From contig NC_091477.1 of assembly GCF_036971445.1 (NCBI RefSeq), positions 27,652,001-27,716,000 on the forward strand: a DNA stretch of 64,000 nt, in the 5' to 3' direction. A program made the translations under genes and the position numbers. Positions within the stretch are counted from its first letter, which is position 1. Every line of letters starts with the position of its first letter. Below are positions 13,401 through 26,880 of this stretch, one piece after another. The notes under the pieces are model-generated. The model ran no database searches. It was not told where the DNA came from and saw only the letters and a program-made list of their open reading frames with translations. This stretch comes from Narcine bancroftii (Eukaryota).

Positions 13401-14152
13401 TCGACTCCTGCTCCCGAGCCCTGTTGCATGGTTGGGTCGCCCAGTTCGGCATTCCGGTTCACCTCATCAGTGATCTGGGTGCCCAGTTCATATCTGCGCT
13501 CTGGGCACAGCTCGCCAACGGGTTGGGGATACAGCTACACTGCACCACGGCCTACCACCCACAGGCCAATGGACTGGTCGAACGTCTGCACCACCACCTT
13601 AAGTCGGCGCTCAAGGCCCGACACACCGGTCCCGACTGGATGGATGAACTGCCTTGGGTGCTTTTGGGCATCCGCTCCACTCCCAAGGAAGATCTGCAGG
13701 CGTCATCAGCTGAGTTGGTCTACGGTGTGCCGCTGGCACTACCTGGTGAGTTCATCAACATACCTCACAATCCCCAGCGGTCGCCGCACAAACTACTTCC
13801 TCACCTCAGGGCACGCTTGGACTCCTTCAAATCCCCACCGCCGCCCAGGCATGGCACCCGCCCGTCTCACATTCCTGGCGAGCTGCTTTCTGCGGAGTTC
13901 GTTTTCATTCGATGGGGCCCAACCGCAGCACCTCTGCAGCGACCGCAAGAGGGGCCGTACAGGGTTGTACAGCATTCTGGCTCAACGTTCACGCTGGACT
14001 TGGGCGGCAGGCATGAGCTGTTTATCTTGGACAGGGTGAAGCCAGCGCACCTCGATCCCACCGAGCCCGTGGTCGTTGCCCAGCCCAAGAAGCGAGGCCG
14101 CCCGGCAAAAAAAGACATTGGTGCCGGTTCTGGGGGAGAGGGGGGTGTGCTG

Positions 14153-14438
14153 TGTGGCAGCTCACCACAAGGCAGGCAAACCGGTCCTGCTTGTAAGCCA
14201 CGCAGTGGGGCAGCCGGCCAAAATGGTGCCTTTCGGGGTTTCCCTTCCTTCCAGCTTGGGGCTCAGAAACCCGTGCTTGGGGACCACGTGACACCTGGGT
14301 GATGTCAGCACCCTCTCAGCCAGGTCCGGGCTGAGAGTATAAGTGCAGCCCAGCAGCCTGCAATAAATTAGTCTGCTCAATGAGCTCAACCCGTCTGGTT
14401 GTGTGTGTTATTGGAGGAGCAGTGTAGCCACCGCTACA
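14153..14438 (+). repeat. 3' LTR, preceded by a polypurine tract near 14132-14145
   Basis: gggggagaggggg PPT, then tgtggcagct...ccgctaca, followed by TSD ctgt. Confidence 0.9.
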
Positions 14439-14442
14439 CTGT

Positions 14443-15320
14443 TATATTTTTTATTCAGCACTTTTTGGGGTTTTTAATTTTTTTTTGTTATATTTCTTTT
14501 GTTGGATCATTAATGATTTTTTAAAATTCTTTTTCTTTATTTTTTTCTTAAGGGACAGAGATATACACGGGAGTCAATTAGATGTGATAAAGAGACCTAG
14601 GAGAATTGGATTGGAAGAGTCTTTGATCTGGGACAATGGATGATAAAAATAAATTAATTTTTTAGTGTTAATGGGATAAACAGTAAAATTATTAAGTTAT
14701 ATGAAAAAGATGAAGGTTGATATTGCATTTTTACAAGAAACTCATTTGACAGAAAGAGAACATTCTAAATTAAAAAGGGAGAGATTGGGTGGGCCAAGTT
14801 AGAGCTTCATCTTTTAATTCTAAAGCAAGGGGAGTAGCTGTAGTAATTAAAAAAATATTATCAGTAAAAAAATTTTAATACTATAATGGATTCTGTGGGG
14901 AGATGTTTTGATTATTTGCCAGATTTATTCTGAAATGTGGACACTTATGAATATTTATGCACTAAATGTAGATGATTAAGATTTTATAAAGAAAACCTTT
15001 TTACTCTTAGTGGAAGCGCAGGAAAAGGTTTTAATAGGAGGTGATTTTAATTGTTGTCTTGATCCATTATTGGATAAATCAACTAAAGTGGTAATAAGAG
15101 CTAAAGAAGTGAAGGCTATATTATGAAGCAATTAAATTTAATTGATATTTGGCGAAAGTTGAATTCGAGAAAAAACAATTATTCTTTTTATTCTTATAGG
15201 CATGACTCTTGATTGAGAATAATATTTTTTATTATCGGCAGTTACAAGGAAGGATTAAAGTTGAGTATAAAGCAAGAACACTTTTTGATAATTCACCATT
15301 TTTATTGACTTGTTCAACCT
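14443..15320 (+). mobile_element. Continuation of the host L1: inter-ORF region and degenerate ORF2 APE endonuclease
   Basis: Broken frames read VDIAFLQETHL, SFNSKARGVAV, LIGGDFNCCLDP and IDIWRKLN. Confidence 0.75.
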
Positions 15321-15324
15321 TTTA

Positions 15325-18300
15325 AAAATTTTTTTAATTTAATACTTTAAAACAAACAAAACAGAAGAAAAGAAAAAGAGAAAAGAAAGATTATATTGTC
15401 CAATATATTATACTAACTATTTTCTTAATTGTAACTTGTCACATCAAGAGATGGAGGTCTGAAATTGGTAGTTTCTAATAAACTTTACGTATGGTTCCCA
15501 AATTTGTTTAAATAAAGCATATTTGTCTCTTAGGTTGTAGATAATTTTTTCTAATGGAATACACATATTCATTTCTATGTACCATTGTTGTATTTTTAAG
15601 GATGTTTCCAATTTCCAAGTTATCATTATGTATTTTTTTTTGCTGCCGTTAATGCGATTATAATAAATCATTTTTGAGCTCTGTTTAATTTTAGACCTAA
15701 TTCTTTATCTTTTATGTTGTTTAACAGGAAGATTTTTGGATCTTTTAGGTTTTTTTTTTGGTAATTCTAGTTAACAAGTCCTCCCAAAAGGTTTTCACTT
15801 TTGTGCATATCCAGATTGCATGGATTCCATTCTTTTAAGTTTTGAGGTATAACATATAATCTATGGAGCCAATTGTATTGTATCATACGATACTGTATGT
15901 TTATTGTATTAGTCACTGTACCTGCACATAGTTCCATCCATGCTTCATTCTTTATCTGTATATTTAAGTCTTTTTCCCCAGCATTGTTTGGTTTTATATA
16001 TTACTTCACCATTTCCTTGTTTTGTAATTTATTACATTTTTTAACTATCACAGTATCTGTGATTAAATATTCAAAGCAACTACTCTCAGGTAACCTTAGA
16101 CGAGCTCCCAGCTTTTCTTTTAAATATATTTTTAATTGTTAATAGAAAATATTGCACCATATGATGTTCCATATTTATCTTTTAACTTTTCAAATGTCAA
16201 TAATTATTTCCCAAAAAATAATCTTTTATTCTTTTAATTCCTTTTCTTGCCCATTCCTTGAAGAATACATTATCCATTGTAAAAGGAATTAATGGGTTTT
16301 GCGTCACTAACATTTTTTTCATTTTCATAGGAACTTTCTTATTAATTTATTCAATTTTTTCAAGAATTCTCCTGTCAAGAGAATCGGTAACATTTGGAAT
16401 AAGTACTATAGTCATGGGAATACATTCATTTTGATGCAGTTTACTCTTCCTATTAAAGTTAGTGGTAGTTCTTTCTATTTCTCTAAATTCTCTTGTATTT
16501 TCCTTATTAATAGTTGATCATTTAATTTGTACAAATGATTTTAATTATTATCTATTCTGATACCTAAGTAATGTATGGCCTGTGATTGCCATTTGAAAGG
16601 AGATTCCCTTTTACATGCCGTATAGTTGACTTTGTTCATTGGCATCACCTCACCTTTATTGATATTAACCTTGTATCCTGATATTGCCCTGTATGCTTTC
16701 AATTTTGTGTATAACCTTTTTATTGATTTATCTTGGCGTATTAAGTATACTATAATATCATCTGCAAATAAGCTAATTTTAAATTCTTTTATTTTTATTC
16801 CCTTTATCATGGGGCCTTTTCTCATCAGTTCTGCCAATGGTTCCATAGCTAAAGAAAACAGGGAAGGTGCTAGAGGGCATCCTTGTCTTGTTGACCTACT
16901 CAATTTAAAGTAATCTGAAACAAATCCATTTGTTACCGCTTTTGCCATAGGACCATTATATAGTGTTCTGATCCAATTGATGTTAATTTAAATTTCTGTA
17001 GTACTTTAAAAAGTTAACTCCATTCAACCCTATCAAAGGCTTTCTTTGCATCAAGAGCTACTTCGACAGTTGATGTTTTGTTTGTTTATGCCATATAAAT
17101 CAGGTTAATAAATTTGCACACATTATCTGCTGTTCTGTTTATAACAAATCCTGTCTGATCTAACTTCATTAATTTCGGCATACAATCCATTAATCTATTC
17201 GCTAATAGTTTTGCAATTAGTTTGTTATCTGTATTTAGTAGAGATATTGGTCTATATGAACCTGGTGACAGCAGGTCCTTTCCTGTATTTGGAATTACTG
17301 AGATTATTGCCATTTTGCAAGAGTCAGGCAGATTCTGTGTCTCTTCCACTTGTTTCATTACCTTGAAGAAGGGTGGAATTAGTAGATTATTGAATAATTT
17401 ATAAATTTCTGTGGGAAATCCATCTTCGCCTGGTGCTTTATTTGGTAAAGTCATTAGAACATCATATATTTCTGTGGTTGTCAGGGGTTTAGGTAATTTA
17501 TTTTGTTCTTCCAATTGTAATCGAGGTAATTCAAAATTTGACAAGAATTCGTTTCGATTTGATATAGTTGCTTATAAAATTTCGTGAAATTATCATTGAT
17601 CTCCTCTGGATTATATTAAATCTGTTTATCCCCCTTCCTTGTTGCTTGCTCTTCTTTTAATTGCCAAAAAATTTTGTGCATTTTCTCTCTTAATTCATAA
17701 TATCTTTGTTTTGTTTTCATAATTTTTTTTCCACTTGGTATGTTTGTAATGTGTCATATTTTAATTTTTTCTCCATCAATTCTCTCTTTTTTCCCCATAT
17801 CCTCTCTTTTCATTAAGTCTTTCTCTATGGTTACTATATCTTTTTCCAACAGTTCTTTTTCCCAGCAGTACTCTTTTTAAATTTTGGTCATATAACTAAT
17901 TATTTGCCCTCTATTAAAGGCTTTCATTTCATCCCATAACATAAATTTGTCTGTTACCGAATTTGCATTTGTCTCAAAGTATTTGGATTTGTTGCTCTAT
18001 ATACTTCCGAAAGTCTTGACTTTTTAACCAGGTGGGATTCAGCCTCCATCTGCATCTTTTCAGCAGAATATCCTCCAGAGCAATTGACAACAAGGGTGAA
18101 TGGTCTGATAAAAGTCTTGCCTTATATCCAGTCTTTCGGACTCTCCCTTAAATTTGGGCTGACAATATAAACATATCGATCCTAGAATAAGTTTTCTCCA
18201 TATCAATTATTTTCATATCTTGCATCGAATTTAATGTAAATTTGGCTGCTTTATTTTTGTGGTATTCCAGGTTTTATCTATTAATGGATCAAGGTTAAAA

Positions 18301-18655
18301 TTAAAGTCTCCCCCTAGTAAGATATGTCCTTGTGTATTTGCTATATTTAAAAAAATGTCCTATATAAATTTCTGGTCATCTTCATTCAATGAATAAATAT
18401 TTAACAAATTCCAAGATTCTGAATAAATCTGGCATACCATCATTGCGTATCTATTCGCTGGGTCTGTTATTACTTTCTCTATATTAATTGGTAAATTTTT
18501 GTTAACTAGGATAGCTACTCCCCAGGCTTTTGAATTGTATAATGATGCTACTACATGACCTACCCAGTTTCTCTTCAGTTTGAGATGTCCTGCCTCTGTT
18601 AAGTGTGTTTCCTGTACAAATGTTATGTCTATTTTTTTCCTTTTTTTAGTGTCAG
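15325..18655 (-). mobile_element. Degenerate L1 ORF2 and 3' end; similar to the L1 at 29495-33414
   Basis: Minus ORFs contain ITFVQETHL..KLKRNWVGHV, KAPGEDGFPTEIYK, STRQGCPLAPSLF..ISLFADD and KIQQWYIEMNMCIPLEKI. There is a T-rich tail near 15325. Confidence 0.85.
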
Positions 18656-18659
18656 TAAT

Positions 18660-20010
18660 TTTTTTCAAAAAGATATTGTATAACAATAAAATCTTTCCAA
18701 TTTTTAAAATACTGTCATAACACACTTAACAGAGGCAAGACATCTCAAACTTAAGAGACACGTACAGTTCCCCTTTAAGGAACACTCATCTGACAGTGAC
18801 GTTGATAATAATATTCTGAAATCCACACAAGAAAAACACACCGATTCTTCCAAAGAAACAACCCTTCCTTTAGCACCATCTTTTAAAACCGCACCTTTCC
18901 CAACATCATCTTTCCACCCCCACCCCCAAAATCAGAGTTCCCACCTTGCTACTTTCTTTAAAACAAGACGGTTCAGTACTACTAATATAAATAAAAAGAT
19001 ACACCTTTCAGTTAAGTCCCTTTTTGGAATGTCTTTTCAGTCCTTTCAGCTGGCAACTTTAATCTTTTCATAACTTTCTTAAAAATTCTTCCACTTCTTT
19101 ATTCTGGAAAATTCATTGATTACTTTCTGAGACTTCCAGCCTCAACATTGCTGGGAAAATCATTGAATATTTAAAGTTTTTAGATCCCCAGTTGTCTCTT
19201 TACCTTGTCAAATTCCTTTCTTTGTTTGACCAAGGCAGGGCTAAAGTTCTGAAAAAAACATTACTTTTACATTGTCTACCACTAATGGGCCATTATTTTT
19301 TGAATATTCGTGTGCTACTCCCAGGATCGCATTTCTCTCCTGGGACTGGTTGAGGAGACTATTCACCGGTTCTTCTGGGTCTGAGGGTCTGGTGAGCCCT
19401 TTCAATTTTTAGTTTTGCATTTAACTTTCCTTGTCCCAGCATTTGTAGGATCCACATTTCAAAGAAATTCACTGAATCTTTTCCCTCTATTCCTTCTTTC
19501 AGACCAATGTCTGCTGAAATTTTCTATATGATCAATCTTGTCCATCAATCCTTTTTTTTTTCTATGTCCCATGTTTTTGCTTTCCCGTGCCTTTAGCCTG
19601 TCTTTTTTGTCCACCTCAGCTTCTGAATGATTCATTCGTTCCATTAAGTCTTCCACAACTTATTTGATTTCCATTACCTTTTCCGATACTTCTCCCATCA
19701 CCCATCACTGATTCCACACTTGTGAAATGAGTGCATACAATTTCCATCTTGTTTAGGATGTTGGTTATATCTTGGGCCAATCCCCCCAGCTCTGCTGGGT
19801 TTATCTGGACCCAAGGCCACTCCTGAGTCGCTCCTTATCAGGCTTCCACTCGAAGTTCCAGGCTGAGCTGTTGCTTCTTCAGTTTAGTTTTTGGTTGCCT
19901 TGGTCGTTTGGCACTAGTTTTATCCATTTTTGATGCCAAAATTCTGGTTTTGAGCTTTCTAACCATCTTATAAATATTTTTTGTGGAGAGCTCTTTCAAA
20001 GCATGTCTGC
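18660..20010 (-). mobile_element. Degenerate L1 ORF1 region
   Basis: MDKIDHIENFSR and ERAHQTL-type ORF1p motifs. An inverted relative lies at 24540-25095. Confidence 0.65.
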
Positions 20011-20029
20011 TCAGCTCCTTAGCATAGCC

Positions 20030-21010
20030 ATGCCACCTATCCAACCTGTCTTAAATATATTTACTGAGGTAGCCTCCACTGCTTCAATGGATAGTGAATT
20101 CCATAAATTCACCACCCTTTGGGAAAAGCAGCTCCCCCTCATCTTTGTCCAAAATCTACTGCCCTGAATCCTGAGGCTCTGTCTCATAGTTCTCATCTGC
20201 CCCACCAATGGAAAAACTTATCTACCTCTATCTTCTACGTTTTATACAATTAGACATTTCTAGAAGATCCCCCTCACTCTTCTAAATTCCAGTGAGTATA
20301 GCCCCAGATGACTCAAACTCTCCTCATAGACCAACTCCTACATCTCTGGAATCAACTTGGTGAACCTCATCCAGACTGCATCCAAAGCCAGAAAATCCTT
20401 CGTCAACTAAAGAGAATGGAACTGCACAGTACTCCAGATGCAGCCTCACCAGTACCTTGTCCAGTTGCAGCATAATCTCCCTGGTCCTAAATTCAATCCT
20501 TCTACCAATGAAGGCCAACATTCCATTTGTTTTCTTGATAGCCATCTGCACCTACAAACCAACATTTTGTGACTCAAGTACAAGGACTACAAAGTCCTTC
20601 TGCATGGCAGCATGCTGCAATCATTTTCAATTTAAATAATAATCAGATCTTCCATTTTTAATTCCAATGTGGATAAGCTCATGTTTACTAATATTGTTCT
20701 TTATCTGCCAGACACTTGCCCATTCACTCAACCTACCTATATCTTTCTGCAGACTCTGTACAATTTGGTTTTCCACTTAAGTTAGTGTCATCAGCAAATT
20801 TAGATACTCTACACTCTGTTCCCTCTTCCAGATCATTAATGTGCATCAGGAACAGATGCGGATCGAGCAACGATCCATGTGTAACCTCACTCACCACTGA
20901 TTGCCAACCAGAAAAACACCAGTGTCCAAATCTCTGCTTTCTATTGGTTAACCAATCCTCTATCCACGCTAATACACCACCCCCAACTCTATGCCTCCTT
21001 AACTTGTGCA
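20030..21010 (-). mobile_element. CR1 LINE RT/3' fragment
   Basis: WIEDWLTNRKQR..GWQSVVS..INDLEEGTECRVSKFADDT; KTNGMLAFI..LVRLHLEYC; FSQRVVNLWNSL. Confidence 0.85.
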
Positions 21011-21463
21011 GTTCAAGATTTGCTGATGCTACTAAATTGGCTTTGTAATTGAGAATACCTGTGACAAAATCCAGAACACCACACAGCATTAGATGCTTCC
21101 AGGGTCGGAGCCAAAGGAGGGCATCAGTGCACATTGCCCCCCAAGCGAGGTGCTGTGCCCCCCCCCCCCAATATGGCCACAGCCATTGCTTGCCGTCAGA
21201 CCCGACCCCATCCCCTGGGTTGCTAGCATGCACCAAGTGTCAGTCGCATCTAGTGACACTTGAAGCAATAAAAGCAGCGTCCTTGTCTCCAATGTTGAAG
21301 GAGCGGATGGTGTAAATGTTCATTGGCAGGTATATCCCAGCATCCAACAGCACCCCCCCCCCCCCATAATCGCTGACCGATTTTAAGAGTATCCCACTCT
21401 GCCCCCTCTAGTTCTGGCGCCAACCCTGGATACTTCATCAATGAACTTTCCTTCATAAGAGCA

Positions 21464-21550
21464 GACATAGGGCATTCCACTGATTGTTGATCGACATAGG
21501 GCATTCCACTGATTGTTGATCGACATAGGGCATTCCACTGATTGTTGATC
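21464..21550. repeat. Perfect tandem repeat, 3 x 29 bp
   Basis: gacatagggcattccactgattgttgatc starts at 21464, 21493 and 21522 with no spacers. Confidence 0.95.
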
Positions 21551-22469
21551 AATGGTTAGTTCTGCTTGCATCTCCTCATTAAATGAATCAATCCATGCCT
21601 GCATTCAGGCATGGCTGATAAACAATAACACTGCAAAAAATGTTTTGCAATAGCAATCACTTTCAAGAGAGAATTTATCAACTATGCTTGTAGTTCAATA
21701 GCATATCTATTGCAGAGATTCCATCATCAACATCCTGGGGATACTCTATTGAGCAGAAAATGATCCACATAAATATCATAGCTAAGAGTTCAGAGGCTGG
21801 GAACCCAGAAACAAGTGCTTATCTCTTAACACACCAAATGCTTTCCACCATATACGGAGCGGCTTCAGTTTATGGATGTACATTATATACTGTTTCTCCA
21901 AATACACTGATGAAGCTTGACACCTTTCAGTAAAAAGCAGCTTGTTTGGTACCCCATCCATCAGCCTGAACATTCATTCTCTCCATCACCTGCACACAGT
22001 AGATGCAGTGCATATGGTCCACTTGCTGGGCTATTCCAGCAGCACTTTTTAAACAAGTGATCTCTCCATCAAGGTCAAGAGCTTCAGATTCATGGCAACA
22101 ACCACCATCTATAGATTTCCCATGAAATCACTTATCTTCTGACTTGGAAATGCATTGCTATTCCTTTATTGTCTCTGGATTTAACTTCCTGAACTCCCTC
22201 CTCAACCCTTCTTGTGTCAGATATTCAGGGCAGCAGTTGAGCATGACTTCTTTATTGACAGTTAGGAAGGACTATACTGACATTTACATCAATATCCGTT
22301 TCATGACAAATCAATAAATGTGAAAAAAAAAATCAGGGTAAATCTGGTTGGCAAATGCTTTCCCCTGGAATGGAGATAAAGTTAGGAGTAAGCGGATCAG
22401 ATCACATACTATGTATTGATTAGCATCCAATAAAACAGAAATACATTACACAAAATTGCCTTTAGTCTA

Positions 22470-22810
22470 TCTTTCTTCTTTCTCTTTGGCTTAGTTTCGC
22501 GGACGAAGATTTATGGAGGGGTAACGTCCACGTCAGCTGCAGGCTCGTTTGTGGCTGACAAGTCCGATGCGGGACAGGCAGACACGGTTGCAAGGGAAAA
22601 TTGGTCGGTTGGGGTTGGGTGTTGGGTTTTTCCTCCTTTGCCTTTTGTCAGTGAGGTGGGCTCTGTGGCCTTCTTCAAAGGAGGTTGCTGCCCGCCGAAC
22701 TGTGAGGTGCCAAGATGCGCGGTTGGAGGTGATATCAGCCCACTGGCGATGGTCAATGTGGCAGGCACCAAGAGATTTCTTTAGGCAGTCCTTGTACCTC
22801 TTCTTTGGCA
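22470..22810 (-). mobile_element. RTE-clade LINE 3' fragment
   Basis: PKKRYKDCLKKSL..IDHRQWADITSNRASWHLTVRRAATSFEE..CNRVCLSRIGLVSHKRAC (RTE C-terminal zinc-knuckle region), followed by a short 3' tail. Confidence 0.8.
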
Positions 22811-24534
22811 GACAAATACCATCATTAGCATTAGCATCACAGCCAGAGAAAGAGAACCAAAAGACAGCCACTGAATGTCCATGGATTTGCCTCCATCGCT
22901 CCCACTGCCTTTGCAGCCGCACAAGACTTCAGTTCGGTTCACACCATTAACAACCAGAGACCAGATCCAAACATTCGACAAGATGAGGAAGTCTTCAGCA
23001 CACAGGGCCCACCGGGAGGCCTTTTTCTTGACCTCAGAACCTTCAAATCCCAGTTCCAATAGCGGATTCACATGAGCCAATCTCTAGCAGCCCGCAGCTT
23101 GTGTGAGCCCTTTGACCTCAAGACCTTATGGGAGTTCTTCAACCTCAAATCATCAACAGCCTGCAGGCTGTGTCCTTCAGCTGAGAGCCCTTTGCTGGTC
23201 CACCACTGTGGTCACCATCCTCAGGGTCGTCTCCTCCGATTCTCTATCTCAACGGGGGTTATTCTCCCTCTCACTCCACCACTCCACTGCTCCCCCAGAG
23301 TCTGCAATCTCTCGTGGCTGCTGCCAAACACAGGCACCTCCGTCTCAGGCTTTGACCCCCGCAGCAGTAGGATTTTAATAAAACACCTATGGCTCTGCCA
23401 CAAGCCATTTAAAGCCTGTTCAATGCCGCCATTATCATGTCTAGGGGGTAGAACCCTTTAGGAGAGCACTGTATCTTTGCTACCATGGGTCTGCACCAAC
23501 AGCAGCGTTGTCATATTTTAAAAATACCATACAAGCCATGTAAATGTAAAAGTAGGGTGGGATACACAAGAAACTGCAGATGCTGAAATCTAAAGCTAAA
23601 CACAATCTATTGATTAACAGCACATAAAGCAGTATCAATCGGAGAAAAAGAATGGTTGATGCTTTGAGCCAAACTCTATCAAAACTGAGGAAATATACTA
23701 CAAAAGCCAGAGTAAACACAACAGACTGGAGGGGTAGGGCAGGGGCCCTATATATAATTGGTGAACCTGGTAGATATGACCATTTCTGATACTACTTCTC
23801 CCCTTTATAAACCTCTCTGCCTCCATCTCATCAGATGAGCTGATATATTCACAATTACAAATCCACCGCTACCTCATCCCACCCAGTCTCTTGAAAGAAT
23901 CCCATCCCTTTCTCCCATTTTCTTGACATCTGCACACAAGAGGGTCTTGTCTCTTGGAGTACTGCTCTTACCTCCCCCTACCCAAAATAGAGCAGGGGGT
24001 TTGATTCCTCTTGCCCTTACCCTTCACCCACCAGCCTCTGCATTTGGCACATCAACCTCCATCATTTCTGCCAGCTGCAACTAGACATACACACCTCTTT
24101 TGCTTTCCATAGGGATCATTCCCTCTGTGATTCCTTTATCTACTCATCTCTCCCCGTCTATCTTTGTTACCTCTGCAACGACACCACCACCCCTCCACCA
24201 CCAGCATCCAGAGTTCAAAACAGCAATCCAATCAGAACATATCATTCTAGTTTGTGTATAGCCTCACCGTGCAAGTGGAGAAAGCCAATTACAAATGGGC
24301 CAGCATGGGAATTTAAGAGGCGACTGAAGTTCAATTACAGTTGCAGACAAAGTGCAGATGCTCTGCACTATCTGATGTCTAGTTTATTTGGTCTCCTTGC
24401 CAGCACCAGACCCAGTTAGAAGAGATGCACTTGAAACATTCCTGATTCCCCATTTTCCAACTTTGATATATCACCAATACTTTCTAGTTTTGTTTCAGAT
24501 TTCCAGTATCTGCAGTTAAAAATATTGTAAATTA

Positions 24535-26880
24535 AAGAAATCATGGAAGATTTAAGGTAACAAATGACTCAAGTGGAGGCTGGGCAGATTTAAAAAAAAG
24601 ACAGGCTAAAGGGTCTAGAAGAAAAAGCAAAAACATGGGACACAGGAAAAAAAAAGAATTGATGGGCAAGATCGATCATATGGAAAATTTCAGATATAAT
24701 AATGTAAGAATCATTGGACTGGGAGAAGGAATTGAGGGGAAAGACCCTGTGAGCTTCTTTGAAATATGGATCCCACATATGCTGGGATGAAACAAGTTAA
24801 ATCCAAAGTTGCAAATTGAAAGGGTTCACCAGACCTTTGGACCCAGAAGAACCAGTGAACAGCAACGACGACCAATCCTGGTAAGACTTTTAAGTTACTG
24901 GAAGAGGGATGATTTTTGGAGCAGGCTACGAAAATTTAAAAAACAACAATGGCCCATTAGTGACTAAAGTAATGTTTTTTCAGGACTTCATAGCCTTGCC
25001 TTGGTCAAACAAAGAAAGGAATTTGTTAAAGTAAAGAGACAACTGTGATCTAAAAACTTTAAATATTCAATGACTTAACCAGCAACGTTGAGGGTGGATG
25101 TCTCAAAAGGTAATATCGACGAATTTTTGTCAAATATTGAACTTCCAAAACGAGAAAAGGTTAAGAATTGACACTCCTTTCATAAGGGAAGAAATTGAAA
25201 AAGCCCTGGGTGCCCTAGGGGAGGATGGATTCCCACCAGAGTTTTATAAACAATTTAAAGAACTATTAATGTCCCTGCTAATGGATGTTCTGGGCCAAAA
25301 AGTAGAAACACTCTCAGAATCATTCTCAATTTCAATTATTAGTGTTACCCAAAAAAAAGGACCCATTAAAAACTGTCATATAGACCAATATCCCTGTTAA
25401 ATGCTGAATACAAGATACTAGCAAAAGTGTTGGCTAATAGATTAGGACAATATTTACCAAAATTGAGACATACAGATCAAGCAGGATCTGAAAAAGGAAG
25501 ACATTCCTCAAATAGCCTAGGAAGATTCAACACACATGGCAAAATTTGAATGGAATCAGTATCACAATCTTCTTGGACACAGAAAAAGCATTTGATCATT
25601 TGGAATGTCCTTTTCTATTTAAAACACATGGCAGAATATTTATAAACTGGATAAAATCTTTATACCATAAATCAAAAGCTAAAATTATAACCAATAATCA
25701 AATGTCAGCAGTGCTCCCCTTGAATAGAGGGATGGCCCCTGTCCCCAACGCTTTTTATTTTAGCGTTTGAACTGCTGGTGCAAATAATAAGAGATCAGAT
25801 ATAAAGGGGCTTCAAAGTCAGGCAAGAACACAAAAATCGGTCTATTTACTGATGATGTGCTATTATACCTATCAAAACTGGCTAAATCTTTGGAAAAATT
25901 ACAAGTAACCCTAGAAAGATATTTAATCTCAGGCGACAAAATATGGATAAAAATGAGATTAATTCCATGAACTAACTTTGAATATGAAAGACACCAAAAA
26001 GGAAATAAATGTAAATGGAAAATGGATAAAGAATCTTGGAATAACGACTGACAACTTACAAAATCTGTATAAATTATGTTCCTCTTCTCGGAAAAATGGA
26101 AAGGGACCTGCAAAAAAAAAAATGGACTTAACGATTAATTTAGTGGGAAGGGTTAATTGTGTCAAAATGAATGCAACACCAAGACTGCAGTATCTTTTTC
26201 CAATTGCTGCCTATTGCATTATCTCAAAACTTCTTTAAACTACTAAACAATATTAGATAGTTCCTATGGAATAACAAGGTACCAAGAATTGCACTGGAAA
26301 AAATGATATGGGACTATGGGCTGGGAACTTAAAACTTCCAGATTTAAAAAAAAATACCACTTTTCTGCACAGGCTAGATTTCCTCACTGCCTTCTTCATT
26401 GAAGACAACCACCCCCTCTTGGATTCAGATGGGAATGTACTCAATGGAGGAGGAGGAAGCAAAGGATTTTATCTATTAATGGAGTGTCAAATCACTAGAA
26501 AATAATAAGATAATCTCATGATCATAATGTGAAAAGAAATTAATAAATGTATTAAAAAAAAGTAGGGATATCAATAAAAGTACCACTGTGTAAAAATGTT
26601 GCCTATGAAATTTGTGGTATGCAAAGGTACAAGATATATTGAAGAATGCTACACAGAAGGAACTCTTGTCCTTTGAACAATTAAAACAAATAGTGTAGTC
26701 CATGGGACCTTCTATTTTCTCCAGTTTAGATGGTTCTAGAGAAAGGTGGAGACCAATGTTAACGCCACCTGAAATCAGTGAAATGGAACAGTCTGGAAGG
26801 GAAAAGACCCAAATTTATAATAATGTACTATGCTCTCTAGAGCAAAAGTGCAAAACCAGGATTAGAGGTAAGGCTGGAAA
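24535..26880 (+). mobile_element. Internally deleted, degenerate L1 (ORF1 and ORF2 pieces)
   Basis: The ORF1 piece resembles 19100-19660. ORF2 pieces read GEDGFPPEFYK, FLDTEKAFDHLE and LVGRVNCVKMNATPRLQYLFP. Confidence 0.75.

Larger units (their letters stand above)
10131..14438 (+). mobile_element. Full-length but decayed Ty3/Gypsy LTR retrotransposon (gag-pro-RT-RNaseH-IN)
   Basis: LTRs 10131-10421 and 14153-14438 (TG...CA), 4-bp TSD ctgt, PBS and PPT. Gag (KLPEFW...EAQF), protease (VDTGA), RT (RMPFGLKNA..YLDE), RNaseH (DAS..YSAFDRELL) and integrase (HVDIV..AYHPQANGLVER) are broken by frameshifts and stops. Confidence 0.93.

Noticed and set aside
12636-14039. 467-aa ORF as a novel gene
   Set aside because: Frameshifted Gypsy pol: the N-terminal part is RNaseH and the rest is an off-frame reading of integrase.
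21464-21550. 29-bp repeats as a CRISPR array
   Set aside because: The units are directly adjacent with no spacers, the context is eukaryotic, and there are no cas genes.
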